Shown here: positions 29,245 through 38,168 of the stretch, in pieces | How the letters are laid out: each line of letters opens with the position of its first letter | Position numbering within the stretch: the stretch's first letter is position 1 | Source: an uncultured virus (IMG/VR IMGVR_UViG_3300029953_000002) | Lineage: Duplodnaviria; Heunggongvirae; Uroviricota; Caudoviricetes | Virus record (IMG/VR): IMGVR_UViG_3300029953_000002 | Reading direction: 5' to 3' (one strand) | DNA length: 41,879 bases | Notes under the pieces: model-generated | The model's input: the letters and a program-made list of their open reading frames with translations, nothing else | Database searches by the model: none | What the model was told of the DNA's origin: nothing | Translations under genes and position numbers: made by a program

Positions 29245-29622
29245 TCAGCATTCAGGTAGTTCTAGTCGTGTCAGTAAAATGTCGTTTCCCAATAATTGAA
29301 CAAATTGATAAAACAGATAACCATTACGATAAGCATTAAGTCGTTTTAAGTCACTGTATATTTTTGACGCAAACTCAGACATTGCTTCGGCGGTGTCGTC
29401 GGCATCTTGTGCAAAAGCGGCACCAAGATGATACCTAGCAGCACACTGACAGCTAGCATCAATGTTTAAATTTGTATTGCTATTATCGTACGACATTGCT
29501 TCAAAAATTGTTTCCAATACATCTTCTTCAGTTACTTCGATTTCTATAAGTGCTTTTATTTTTGTACGTAAAAATTTCACTAGATTACGAGTATCTAGGA
29601 TAACATAGTCTGGTAATTTCAT
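29245..29622 (-). CDS. Paralogue-array protein
   Basis: Likely start MKLPDYVILDTRNLV; C-terminal AYRNGYLFYQFVQLLGNDILLTR. Confidence 0.7.
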   Translation of the reverse strand: MKLPDYVILDTRNLVKFLRTKIKALIEIEVTEEDVLETIFEAMSYDNSNTNLNIDASCQCAARYHLGAAFAQDADDTAEAMSEFASKIYSDLKRLNAYRNGYLFYQFVQLLGNDILLTRLELPEC

Positions 29623-29632
29623 TTCGTTTATT

Positions 29633-30016
29633 TTATTTATTTTTCTCGAATACGATAGTATTGGCATTTAACATTCTCCTTAGTGCGTATGGAAAGTAGT
29701 TGTCACTATAAGCATTAATAGCAATCAGTTTATTTTTTATTTGATTACCTAATTTATTTACAGCGTTTATTACTCTTTCTTCTGCACCGTTATCATTGTC
29801 ATAGTTTTCAGATAGACCTATACCTTTGCTCATAAGGAACGCGGTACAGGTCAATCGAACAGTTGAGGTTGGTAAGTAATTAATTGAATTTGTTATTTTT
29901 ACTAAAGCTTCATCAGCTTCGATGACAGGCATGTCTAGTTCACACACTATTGACCTAAAAGCGTTAAGCTCGCTCTTAAGTTCAATAATTAAATAATCCG
30001 GAAATTTATTATTCAC
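29633..30016 (-). CDS. Paralogue-array protein
   Basis: FPDYLIIELKSEL; C-terminal AYSDNYFPYALRRMLNANTIVFEK. Confidence 0.7.
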   Translation of the reverse strand: MNNKFPDYLIIELKSELNAFRSIVCELDMPVIEADEALVKITNSINYLPTSTVRLTCTAFLMSKGIGLSENYDNDNGAEERVINAVNKLGNQIKNKLIAINAYSDNYFPYALRRMLNANTIVFEKNK

Positions 30017-30431
30017 GATATATCTTTATAATTGCAATTAGATCACTACCAAACCATTTAGATTGTTCAATAGAAACATCATATATTTCTTTCATAAAAA
30101 TACCATACATCATTGAATTAACAGCTTCTTCAATTAAGTCTACCACAACTTCAATTAGTAAACTATTATCAGGATAACAAGAATAATCCGCTAAACGTGC
30201 TTCGTTAGAAAGAGAATATTGTTGTAGTATTGATTCTTTTAAAGGACTAAATGCTGGGTGTTTAATTCCTATTTTCTTATTTTGAAGATAATCTAGAAAC
30301 AAATACCCAGCACTCATAGTAACGGTGTTGCTAATTACTCCTTTTATTCCGTTCTCATAAAAAGAGAATACCGAATCAAACTGTTTAACTTGTCTTAGTA
30401 TCTCAGCGGTAGGTAATAGATATGCCGACAT
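30009..30431 (-). CDS. Paralogue-array protein (diverged)
   Basis: YLLPTAEIL; C-terminal KWFGSDLIAIIK. Confidence 0.65.
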   Translation of the reverse strand: MSAYLLPTAEILRQVKQFDSVFSFYENGIKGVISNTVTMSAGYLFLDYLQNKKIGIKHPAFSPLKESILQQYSLSNEARLADYSCYPDNSLLIEVVVDLIEEAVNSMMYGIFMKEIYDVSIEQSKWFGSDLIAIIKIYRE

Positions 30432-30447
30432 TAAATACCCTCACAAA

Positions 30448-30885
30448 TCAATCGTTGTAATCAACTGGGAACGTAATAACAACATCTCTAAGGTTACAAA
30501 AATCCATACTGTATCCTTCTAGATTATCAAATGTTAATTCTGGGATATGCGCTGCTATTGCATCTATTGTTAATTTAAATATATTCAGAGACAACTCTAC
30601 GGCTGTGTCTGAATCTAATCCTTGTTGAATAAGCAATTTCGTAGATGGTCGAAATCGTTTATTCGAATCTATCATTACTGCACTATTCACTATTTCATGC
30701 ACTAATAACGACATGTATTCACCAGCGTTATAATTAAGTGCGTTGTTACTTTGCAATAAAGACAATTGGCCGTTTGCTCTGCCGTTATTTGTGTTAGCTA
30801 TATATTGAGCATATTCTGAAATTGTTTGTTTAAGAACACCCACTGGTTCTGCAAGTGAGAGCAATACTTGTTTAGGCTTAATCAT
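30448..30885 (-). CDS. Paralogue-array protein (diverged)
   Basis: VLLSLAEPV; C-terminal FCNLRDVVITF. Confidence 0.65.
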   Translation of the reverse strand: MIKPKQVLLSLAEPVGVLKQTISEYAQYIANTNNGRANGQLSLLQSNNALNYNAGEYMSLLVHEIVNSAVMIDSNKRFRPSTKLLIQQGLDSDTAVELSLNIFKLTIDAIAAHIPELTFDNLEGYSMDFCNLRDVVITFPVDYND

Positions 30886-30898
30886 TCTCTATCATCTT

Positions 30899-31543
30899 TC
30901 ATGACCATTCGCCTTCTGTTATTCTGCGCTGCCAGTCCCATATTCTAAAATCACAACACTTTTCAATGTAGTAATCTCCTCTATTTACTTTTAGAAAATG
31001 CATCAACCATGTATCTTTGTCAATAAATTTAATAATATTTGTTCTTAAGTCAACTAAAGTAGATACGATGTTATTTACAATATCATTTAGAGTTTCATCG
31101 TTATGGTATTCTGGCTTAATAAACTCACGCCATATTTCTTCATAACTGGCTTGATCTCTGTGTAACCAAACATTTAACCATGCTGACTTATCATCTAAAG
31201 TCTTTTGAACGAAGGCTTTTATTATTTGCATACCTATTGTTGGCACTGTTGGTTCTTCTGATAACTGCTTTACGTTTTTACTTGTAACAACAATATCGCC
31301 AGATTGATTAAACACTTCACTTACAATATCACTTAAACTCATAATTGGTGTTTCGACTATTGTCCCATCTTCTTTCTTTTCTTTTTTATAATAGTAATTA
31401 CCAGGACGTAACACAGCGTCAGATTTACCACGTATATAAATACCTTTATCAAAAGGTATCAAGTATTCTTTAAATTTTTCTTCTATGTGTGAAGCTAATT
31501 CTTTTGGATTAAATATAAGTGTACTGGTTACTGGGATGTTCAT
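30899..31543 (-). CDS. Conserved hypothetical protein (array member with insertion)
   Basis: LIFNPKELA; C-terminal VNRGDYYIEKCCDFRI. Confidence 0.65.
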   Translation of the reverse strand: MNIPVTSTLIFNPKELASHIEEKFKEYLIPFDKGIYIRGKSDAVLRPGNYYYKKEKKEDGTIVETPIMSLSDIVSEVFNQSGDIVVTSKNVKQLSEEPTVPTIGMQIIKAFVQKTLDDKSAWLNVWLHRDQASYEEIWREFIKPEYHNDETLNDIVNNIVSTLVDLRTNIIKFIDKDTWLMHFLKVNRGDYYIEKCCDFRIWDWQRRITEGEWS

Positions 31544-31917
31544 AAATAAAATGAATAGTTAAATTGTTTCATCTCTGCGAAGTACTGAATATACAGGTCT
31601 CGCCCTCTCATTACTATTTCAATTTCATTGTGATCAGAATAAATTCGTGGTGCTTTTATATACCAACTAAATACTTTACTTAATCCAGTTGGCAAGCTAG
31701 TATCAAGATAATCTCTGACATTTATGTGTGGTCTACGATTATGAATGTGATTTATGTCAAACAAATTATAAGTCATCTCTATTTCTTCAGCAATTATCCA
31801 TTTGACGATATCTTCTTCATCTGCTGGATATGCTTCTAGTATAGGTTCAAAGTATGGTTTTATGTAATGAATAAACTCTTGGATGTCTTGTATCAAAATT
31901 GCCCTGCCAACAGTCAT
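31540..31917 (-). CDS. Paralogue-array protein (diverged)
   Basis: ILIQDIQEFI; C-terminal MRGRDLYIQY; GGGAG RBS. Confidence 0.65.
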   Translation of the reverse strand: MTVGRAILIQDIQEFIHYIKPYFEPILEAYPADEEDIVKWIIAEEIEMTYNLFDINHIHNRRPHINVRDYLDTSLPTGLSKVFSWYIKAPRIYSDHNEIEIVMRGRDLYIQYFAEMKQFNYSFYL

Positions 31918-32110
31918 TATAACTCCCTAGGGACTCTCAAATGATTAGCTTGTTATGTTTTTTTATACAATAATATTAAAACGGCATATAGCCTAAAGTT
32001 TCTTCACAACCCTTAATCCGCCGTTAGTAAACGCCCCGCAGCATTTGACTAGTTAATTGGAAAAAAGGTTGTGAAGAAACTACCATCTTAATTTGATGGT
32101 AGTGAACTAC

Positions 32111-33130
32111 TTACAGAACAAGTCCTGTATCGGTATCTGGCTGATCTACTTTTGTCAAGATGCTTTCACTTGCTAAACGTGCTTTTTGTCGCGCAGCCGC
32201 GTCTGCTAGAATTTTTGACAGGTGATTGTATTCACCTTTAATAATTCCATCACTAGTAACAAAGTGCATTGGAATACGGCCCTTCAGCGTGTCAGTACAG
32301 CTTTCTGGGATATAACCATTACATTGATAATCTGGAGTGATTGGGAACGGTGTTGTCATTCCTTCTACAGCCAAGGTAGCAACGCTGATAATGTTTCCAA
32401 TGTTGCTAGGGATATCATCGGTCTTTTCAATCAACGACAACGCGACGAGCTGTGGTGTCTTGAACGAAGTCACTTTGTTGAAATTCAACCAATGAGCTAG
32501 ATCTTTAGAATCCAACTCTAGATTTTCACGGGAGAACAAAACACATAAACCAGTGATAATTTCAATGATGCCGCGATCAGCAACAATGCGTGGATCTGGG
32601 TCATCGCGTGATGTTACGTTCTTATTTTGGACGTAATACATCACAACAGGCAATTTACGCAAGCCTGCAATTGACTCATACGACTTCAATGTCTTCAGTG
32701 TGTTTTCAGCAGCAAGAGCCGATTCAATTCCGCCAATAGCAATACAAACTGTTGGTGTATTTTGTTCTAACAATTCACTCATGATCAATGGCGCAATAAC
32801 AGAACCAGAGCCACCGCCTGTTGACGACAGAACAATAGTAAGATCAGCCGATGGAAACTTCTGAAGAATAGCGCGAATGTGACGGCTAATCTCAGCATGA
32901 TTTTCACGACGAACCTTTCCAGACCCATCAAGTCCTTCAAGTACATAGGAGTTATCAGAATTGATATGCTTATGTGAATTAGATTTACTTGCGTCAACAT
33001 AAACAACTTGCAGCATTGCAAAGCCATCTTCAACCTGACCTTTATGCTTTTCTAATTGATTACCAATATTCCAACCAGCACCACCACAGCAAATAACAAG
33101 TACTTCACCTTTTGGCGTCGACATTTCCAT
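32111..33130 (-). CDS. phuZ: Phage tubulin PhuZ
   Basis: CGGAGWNIG, GLDGSGKVR, tubulin signature STGGGSGS, LDSKD (T7 loop), acidic tail DTDTGLVL. Confidence 0.93.
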   Translation of the reverse strand: MEMSTPKGEVLVICCGGAGWNIGNQLEKHKGQVEDGFAMLQVVYVDASKSNSHKHINSDNSYVLEGLDGSGKVRRENHAEISRHIRAILQKFPSADLTIVLSSTGGGSGSVIAPLIMSELLEQNTPTVCIAIGGIESALAAENTLKTLKSYESIAGLRKLPVVMYYVQNKNVTSRDDPDPRIVADRGIIEIITGLCVLFSRENLELDSKDLAHWLNFNKVTSFKTPQLVALSLIEKTDDIPSNIGNIISVATLAVEGMTTPFPITPDYQCNGYIPESCTDTLKGRIPMHFVTSDGIIKGEYNHLSKILADAAARQKARLASESILTKVDQPDTDTGLVL

Positions 33131-33230
33131 TTTCCTTTTTTAATTAATAACAACACGTTGTGCTTTGCATAGAAGACAGCGATTTTGTAAAATTTGTATC
33201 TAATGAGATATTATGATGAATTGTATATAC

Positions 33231-33253
33231 CTCACTATAGTGATATATGGTTC
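33231..33253 (-). promoter_or_regulatory. Early-promoter-like motif upstream of phuZ
   Basis: Minus strand CCATATATCACTATAGTGAG. Confidence 0.7.
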
Positions 33254-33286
33254 AAAACGAATAGGTTAACAAATAAAGGAATTGTT

Positions 33287-34093
33287 ATGTTAAGTGCACT
33301 TAGCAAGGCAACGGATGAGTGTAAGTTTAGGATACCAAGAACTATCTTAGACGTCGTATTTATTCGACGTACTCAGAACTGGAAAGATTTACCTGTCAGT
33401 ATAGATGAAATGATTCTTAGAAACGTGATACGCCCACGTGTAATGATAGATTGTAATTTATTAGGCGGTACTGAAGCTTTTATTAACTTAGAAGGTGTTC
33501 AGTATACCCGTACAGATGATTATACTTCTGTATATAGAATACCAAAAACTTTAACTCAAGGACGTAGTATTATCGTAGTTAAGAATATAACATTTACTGA
33601 TCCTACAAAAATATCTAGCTACGGTATTGCTGCTGGAACACAGAACACTACCATGTTACAGACAGGTAGCGCTGTAATGGATGCTCATGGCAGTATACCA
33701 GTAACATCAACAGCTCGCGTGCAATTGATTGGTGAGAACGTTGTAATGGTAAGAGATACAGTTGTTTTGCCAGCTAATATTTATTTACGTTGCATATTGG
33801 AAAATGATGAAACTCTTTCTCATTTACAATTAGCTAGTTATAGGCATTTCTCAGAACTATGTGTCTTAGCTGTAAAAGCATACATTTATAATGAATACGT
33901 TATTGAAATGGATGTCGGCGAATTATTAGGTGGTATGCAATTAGGTCGATTTAAAGAGATTGTGGATACCTACGCTGAAGCAGATGAACTTTATCGTACC
34001 TACTTAGTTGAGAAGTGGCAGAAAGTAGCGGTAATGCAAGATACTGAACAATTCACTAGATTGCTCAGATTAATGATAGGTGGAAGCAGATAG
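33287..34093 (+). CDS. Conserved, probably virion structural protein
   Basis: Start corrected to ATG 33287 behind AAGGA; plus-strand gene divergent from phuZ. Confidence 0.65.
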   Translation: MLSALSKATDECKFRIPRTILDVVFIRRTQNWKDLPVSIDEMILRNVIRPRVMIDCNLLGGTEAFINLEGVQYTRTDDYTSVYRIPKTLTQGRSIIVVKNITFTDPTKISSYGIAAGTQNTTMLQTGSAVMDAHGSIPVTSTARVQLIGENVVMVRDTVVLPANIYLRCILENDETLSHLQLASYRHFSELCVLAVKAYIYNEYVIEMDVGELLGGMQLGRFKEIVDTYAEADELYRTYLVEKWQKVAVMQDTEQFTRLLRLMIGGSR

Positions 34094-34106
34094 TAAATGC
34101 TATATA

Positions 34107-34140
34107 CATAAAAGCCAGGACATCAACCCTGGCTTTTATG
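34107..34140 (+). terminator. Terminator-like hairpin
   Basis: CATAAAAGCCAGG / CCTGGCTTTTATG. Confidence 0.75.
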
Positions 34141-34207
34141 CTGCGCTAAAATAAAAAAAAAATAATAAGTTAATAAAGGAGGGGTAAACTTCCATCCCCT
34201 CCTCACT

Positions 34208-35173
34208 CTAGCTGTACTTCACCGGTAAATCGTTATACTGCTGAATCAGGCTATCGTCTATCCTCCCGATGTTTAAAGACTGACTAGAACAGTCAGTGCC
34301 GATCATCCATTTAAGCTGTTCTTCATTTAATGAAACACAACCATAAGGAAGATGTTTCGTTTCAAATAAAGCCGCACGCAGCTTGTATGGTCCACTCCAT
34401 CGTACTAATGGTTTCCCTATGTTGTCTGGGTACTCCTGCCAAACAGCAACTAAACCAATAATAGATTTAGTAATAATCATCCGGCGACCATACGGATCGT
34501 AACAATGCCTCTGCTCCCCTCTCTCCAGATAATTGTACGTCTCTCTATCTATTTGCAGGTTATCGAAGCTACCGTTCGGAGATTCCCATTCAGGATTATA
34601 TCTGAACATAATCGGTCCCATGAGTTCGAACTTCTTAATAAACAACTGCATCTCAGGGTAACGATTCAGTAAATTCATCGTTAATGAATCCGTGAGGTTA
34701 TCCTTAACAGTTTTCTGTTCAGTAGTCCTTGGGGTGTGTCGTGTTGATCGCATTACTTCAGGCATGTAATGTTGTTTTGTACTGCCGTCGCCAAAATTAT
34801 CAAAACTAACTGAATCCCCATTTGGTTGTAGGACAGTAACTGTCCGTGATACTTCGTTTGGCTCTGGTACAAATAACTTCATACCAGCAGGTAGTGATTC
34901 TTCTATTGGAGACTTAACAATAGGCGTAGGTTCAGCTTTCTTCTCTTCCTGTACTTCTTTCTTAACAGGTTGTGGTTTGGCTTCTTCCTTATTAATCATA
35001 CCGGCTTCGGTTAATACAAACTCCACGAAATGAACCAACCATTTTCTTGGATAGATGACAAAGACGACTTTTGTCTTTGGCTTAACGATCTTTGTTTGTT
35101 TGCTCTTTGATTCTTCTTTCTTTTTGAGTTCCCGCTTATAAGCAGAACTCCATACTTTTGAAAAACTGCTCAT
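34208..35173 (-). CDS. Hypothetical early-region protein
   Basis: 321 aa, AGGAG RBS, terminator at ~34176-34204. Confidence 0.75.
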   Translation of the reverse strand: MSSFSKVWSSAYKRELKKKEESKSKQTKIVKPKTKVVFVIYPRKWLVHFVEFVLTEAGMINKEEAKPQPVKKEVQEEKKAEPTPIVKSPIEESLPAGMKLFVPEPNEVSRTVTVLQPNGDSVSFDNFGDGSTKQHYMPEVMRSTRHTPRTTEQKTVKDNLTDSLTMNLLNRYPEMQLFIKKFELMGPIMFRYNPEWESPNGSFDNLQIDRETYNYLERGEQRHCYDPYGRRMIITKSIIGLVAVWQEYPDNIGKPLVRWSGPYKLRAALFETKHLPYGCVSLNEEQLKWMIGTDCSSQSLNIGRIDDSLIQQYNDLPVKYS

Positions 35174-35236
35174 AGCACACTCCTATCTATAAAAAAAATT
35201 GTTCGAAGAGAACTGTTAGATTCTCTTCGATTTTAT

Positions 35237-35401
35237 TTATGCCGCTGATGCAGCTTTTGATACGGCTTGTGCCGCGAGGTCGGCGGCGTTTGTTTCGGAT
35301 TCCTTAGTGTTCTTGTCCTTTTCTTCTTGGAGACGCATTTCCGTTACCACATACGCACATCCAAGAAACCCAACAAGAACGCCCATGATGAATTTGCCCA
35401 T
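35237..35401 (-). CDS. Small single-TM protein (54 aa, not in track)
   Basis: MGKFIMGVLVGFLGCAYVVTEMRLQEEKDK...; AGGAG RBS. Confidence 0.7.
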   Translation of the reverse strand: MGKFIMGVLVGFLGCAYVVTEMRLQEEKDKNTKESETNAADLAAQAVSKAASAA

Positions 35402-35402
35402 G

Positions 35403-35627
35403 TTATAATACTCCTAAGTTAATGTCTTTCGATTCGATTGTTTTTCCATTAGTCGATTTCTCAACTAATACTTTTACCATCTTTTCACGCTGTGCTATTT
35501 TATCAGCTTCGGCTTTAGCTAGTCCTGCTTTGACCAAGACTTCACCTTTTAGGTAAATCTTCTGTCCAATTTGTGCACCTATTTGTTGGACGATACCGCC
35601 TATAAATTTCTCAATTAAAACGTTCAC
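35403..35627 (-). CDS. Small hypothetical protein
   Basis: 74 aa, GTG start behind AGGAGAGG. Confidence 0.65.
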   Translation of the reverse strand: MNVLIEKFIGGIVQQIGAQIGQKIYLKGEVLVKAGLAKAEADKIAQREKMVKVLVEKSTNGKTIESKDINLGVL

Positions 35628-35719
35628 GTCCTCTCCTTTTTATTTAGATTAGCGATCACGCTGTATCGCTAATCTAAACGACCTGTGAGGGCACAGGTCG
35701 TCTTGCCGATGTTTGTGGG

Positions 35720-35890
35720 TTACGCTGCAGGTGCGTCTGTTGCTGGCGCTGGTGTAGCGACATCGCCTACTGTTGCGGTTGTGGTCTTGTTGCCAAAGCT
35801 GATGTGGTCTTTTGCGAAATAGGCAGCTACACCACCAACAACGATAACGCCAAGAGCGATGAGGCCATTCTTCAGATTGATGTTCAGCAT
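35720..35890 (-). CDS. Small single-TM protein
   Basis: MLNINLKNGLIALGVIVVGGVAAYF; start 35890 behind AAGGA, downstream of the early motif. Confidence 0.7.
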   Translation of the reverse strand: MLNINLKNGLIALGVIVVGGVAAYFAKDHISFGNKTTTATVGDVATPAPATDAPAA

Positions 35891-35949
35891 GATATTTTCC
35901 TTTTGGGTGAGTAATAAATTTAGATCAAGCAAGAGAATTCTTACTAAAT

Positions 35950-35986
35950 CTCACAACTGTTATATATGTCTGAAATATTCTAGGAT
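35950..35986 (-). promoter_or_regulatory. Early promoter repeat, copy 1
   Basis: Minus strand ATCCTAGAATATTTCAGACATATATAACAGTTGTGAG. Confidence 0.8.
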
Positions 35987-36057
35987 CAAGTTTTCAAACA
36001 CGCTCCTTACTTACTTTACTACATGTACTTCTACTACAGATTTTTTACAATTACGAA

Positions 36058-36348
36058 CTACGCTGGATTGAGGTTTTCGGTAAACGTAACATCACTTACC
36101 GAATGACTTTCTTTAATGATTGAGGCTACCTTGCTTTCAAACTCCTCCATGAGCCTTCTGGCTTCTTGTGTGTGAAACTTGGCCTCCTCCATTGTTGTTT
36201 CGTCGTCGCAGTTACGTTCACCGGACAACAGCTCTGCTACTTGTTTTGCGATCTTGCGATTGCGAAAAGCAGTTGCTACTATTCCAGTTACTGCCAAGGT
36301 TACTACGCTGCCAATTGCTACGAGGATTTTTGTTTTTGCGGATGTCAT
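36058..36348 (-). CDS. Small single-TM protein with coiled coil
   Basis: ILVAIGSVVTLAVTGIVATAF followed by RNRK. Confidence 0.7.
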   Translation of the reverse strand: MTSAKTKILVAIGSVVTLAVTGIVATAFRNRKIAKQVAELLSGERNCDDETTMEEAKFHTQEARRLMEEFESKVASIIKESHSVSDVTFTENLNPA

Positions 36349-36417
36349 GGTAATTATCCTGAAATTGAAATAGTTTGAAATACGAGTTAAGTTATTTCTT
36401 AAAGAAGTATTGTGATT

Positions 36418-36708
36418 CTACTTCTCTGTGTAGTTCTTTTGTGATCTTGATGATTTTTTTTCATCGCCATTCAAATAAGCTTCTTGAAGACGATCTTGAA
36501 ACTTTTGAATATCGGCTTTGCTGAAAGCAAAACCAACTCCATTGTTTTCCTTCAAGATAATTTTCAGATGAACAATAGACCGCATTGCCGGTATCGTGCT
36601 ATCTAGCACTTTCTTTTGTTTTTCTTCTTTGTTCTTCGATGAAAAAAGCTTAGCGACGCCACCTCCTATTGCTAGTACGGCTAAGCCAATAACGGCTTTT
36701 ATGTTCAT
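36418..36708 (-). CDS. Small single-TM protein
   Basis: MNIKAVIGLAVLAIGGGVAKLF; start 36708 behind CAGGAG. Confidence 0.7.
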   Translation of the reverse strand: MNIKAVIGLAVLAIGGGVAKLFSSKNKEEKQKKVLDSTIPAMRSIVHLKIILKENNGVGFAFSKADIQKFQDRLQEAYLNGDEKKSSRSQKNYTEK

Positions 36709-36730
36709 GATGCACTCCTGATGTGTTAAG

Positions 36731-36931
36731 TTATAGATTGTGTTCTGCTTTATAACGACGAAGAGCATCTGGTTCCATATTACGTTCGTATTCTGCTTCT
36801 TGTTCCATTCTAGCGCAATAGCTATTTATCTTGGCTTTATGTTCAGACTCTTTTTTCATTTCAAAATACTTAAGAATAAGAACACCACCAGCAATACTAA
36901 CTACTGCTAATGTTACATGAACTCTCCACAT
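36731..36931 (-). CDS. Small single-TM protein
   Basis: MWRVHVTLAVVSIAGGVLILKYF; start 36931 behind CAGGAG. Confidence 0.7.
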   Translation of the reverse strand: MWRVHVTLAVVSIAGGVLILKYFEMKKESEHKAKINSYCARMEQEAEYERNMEPDALRRYKAEHNL

Positions 36932-37082
36932 GGCATTCTCCTGATTTAAATGTAAATAATAAAAAAGACCATTAACAATAAATAAAACCAACCTTATTGT
37001 TAATGGCTGGAAATCGTTTTATGCGTGAGGGCTTTCAAAAGGAGGTTATATGTCCTAATGGCCCTCGGTAAGCACGGATAGA

Positions 37083-37685
37083 TCAGGAAGTTAAGTTCCT
37101 GATTTCAGCAAGGGCCTTCCGGCCAATGTTTGCTATCCGCATCAGATCGTTGTCGCTCATCTTCGACAACATATCCACTGTTACCTTCCCGCCAAGTTCG
37201 TCGGTAAGATTATTCTTGACTCTTACTGATAACTTAGAGTCTTGAATCAGTGTTGTATTAGGCACCCGCGTTAAAACGGCAGCGCTCTCTGGTACTATAA
37301 ATCCACGATGTTGAAACACCGCTACTTTATGAGTACCGCCATCAGCCGTAGCTGCCTCAGAGCTTACGCGAAGCGTAAAGGCATACATCGGTATGATACC
37401 GACCTTGATTAACGCATCTTCCAGCGCTGACATCAGGTAAGGCGCACCTCCAATCATTGCGGAGGTAATGGGTGGTTCACCCAGTGCTCTTGCGTATTCT
37501 CTATGCGCGACAGCTATATCAGCAATGCTGGTCGCTGCCTCACGAATGAAAACTGATGTCGGCATACTGTCAAAGGTCAACAGCGCTATGAGTTGAAGCA
37601 GGAACCCACCAGTAACATCAACCAAACCAGCGAGCAGCTGGTCCTTTGTTGCTTTGTGTTGCGTTAAATTCAAGATTGCATTCAT
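37083..37685 (-). CDS. Csx20-like (putative ring nuclease) domain fused to an RNAP alpha-CTD-like domain
   Basis: N-terminal LNLTQHKATKDQ...AMIGGAPY...GIIPMYAFTLRVSSE...DG..K...FQHRGF; C-terminal IQDSKLSVRVKNNL...TVDML...NDLMRIANIGRKALAEI (alpha-CTD HhH pattern). Confidence 0.7.
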   Translation of the reverse strand: MNAILNLTQHKATKDQLLAGLVDVTGGFLLQLIALLTFDSMPTSVFIREAATSIADIAVAHREYARALGEPPITSAMIGGAPYLMSALEDALIKVGIIPMYAFTLRVSSEAATADGGTHKVAVFQHRGFIVPESAAVLTRVPNTTLIQDSKLSVRVKNNLTDELGGKVTVDMLSKMSDNDLMRIANIGRKALAEIRNLTS

Positions 37686-38097
37686 TTTGTTTCTCCAGTA
37701 TAAAAGGGTGTGGGTTTTTAAAGCTACTCGTGTGAGGGCAGTGGTATATCACTACGCATAGTGACCCGTTTCTCTGACCCTCAGGCTAATAGCCTAGTGG
37801 ATAATAATCCAGGATGTTCTTGAAATAAGTTTTGTTGCGTTTTACGAGGCCGCCGCCTAGATACACATTGGATTCCCTTCAAGAGCGTTAAGAAGTAAGC
37901 AAGCTCCCGATTGCTTACTTCTTAACTCATTATCAGTTAGTGCAAACCGTTAAGGCTTAGGCTGCTTTCGCTTTGCGTTTGCCGGTCCAAATCTATCTCG
38001 CCCCTGCATACGACAGTATTGTGCTTTCGCTGGCAATATCAAATCTATATACATTGGTGACAGTTTGTTATAGTGTCTTTCCATATAACTACTAAAT

Positions 38098-38134
38098 CTC
38101 ACCTCCAGTATATATGTCTGAAATATTATAGGAT
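38098..38134 (-). promoter_or_regulatory. Early promoter repeat, copy 2
   Basis: Minus strand ATCCTATAATATTTCAGACATATATACTGGAGGTGAG. Confidence 0.8.
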
Positions 38135-38168
38135 CAAGTTTTTCTCAGACATATACACTGGTTGTTTC

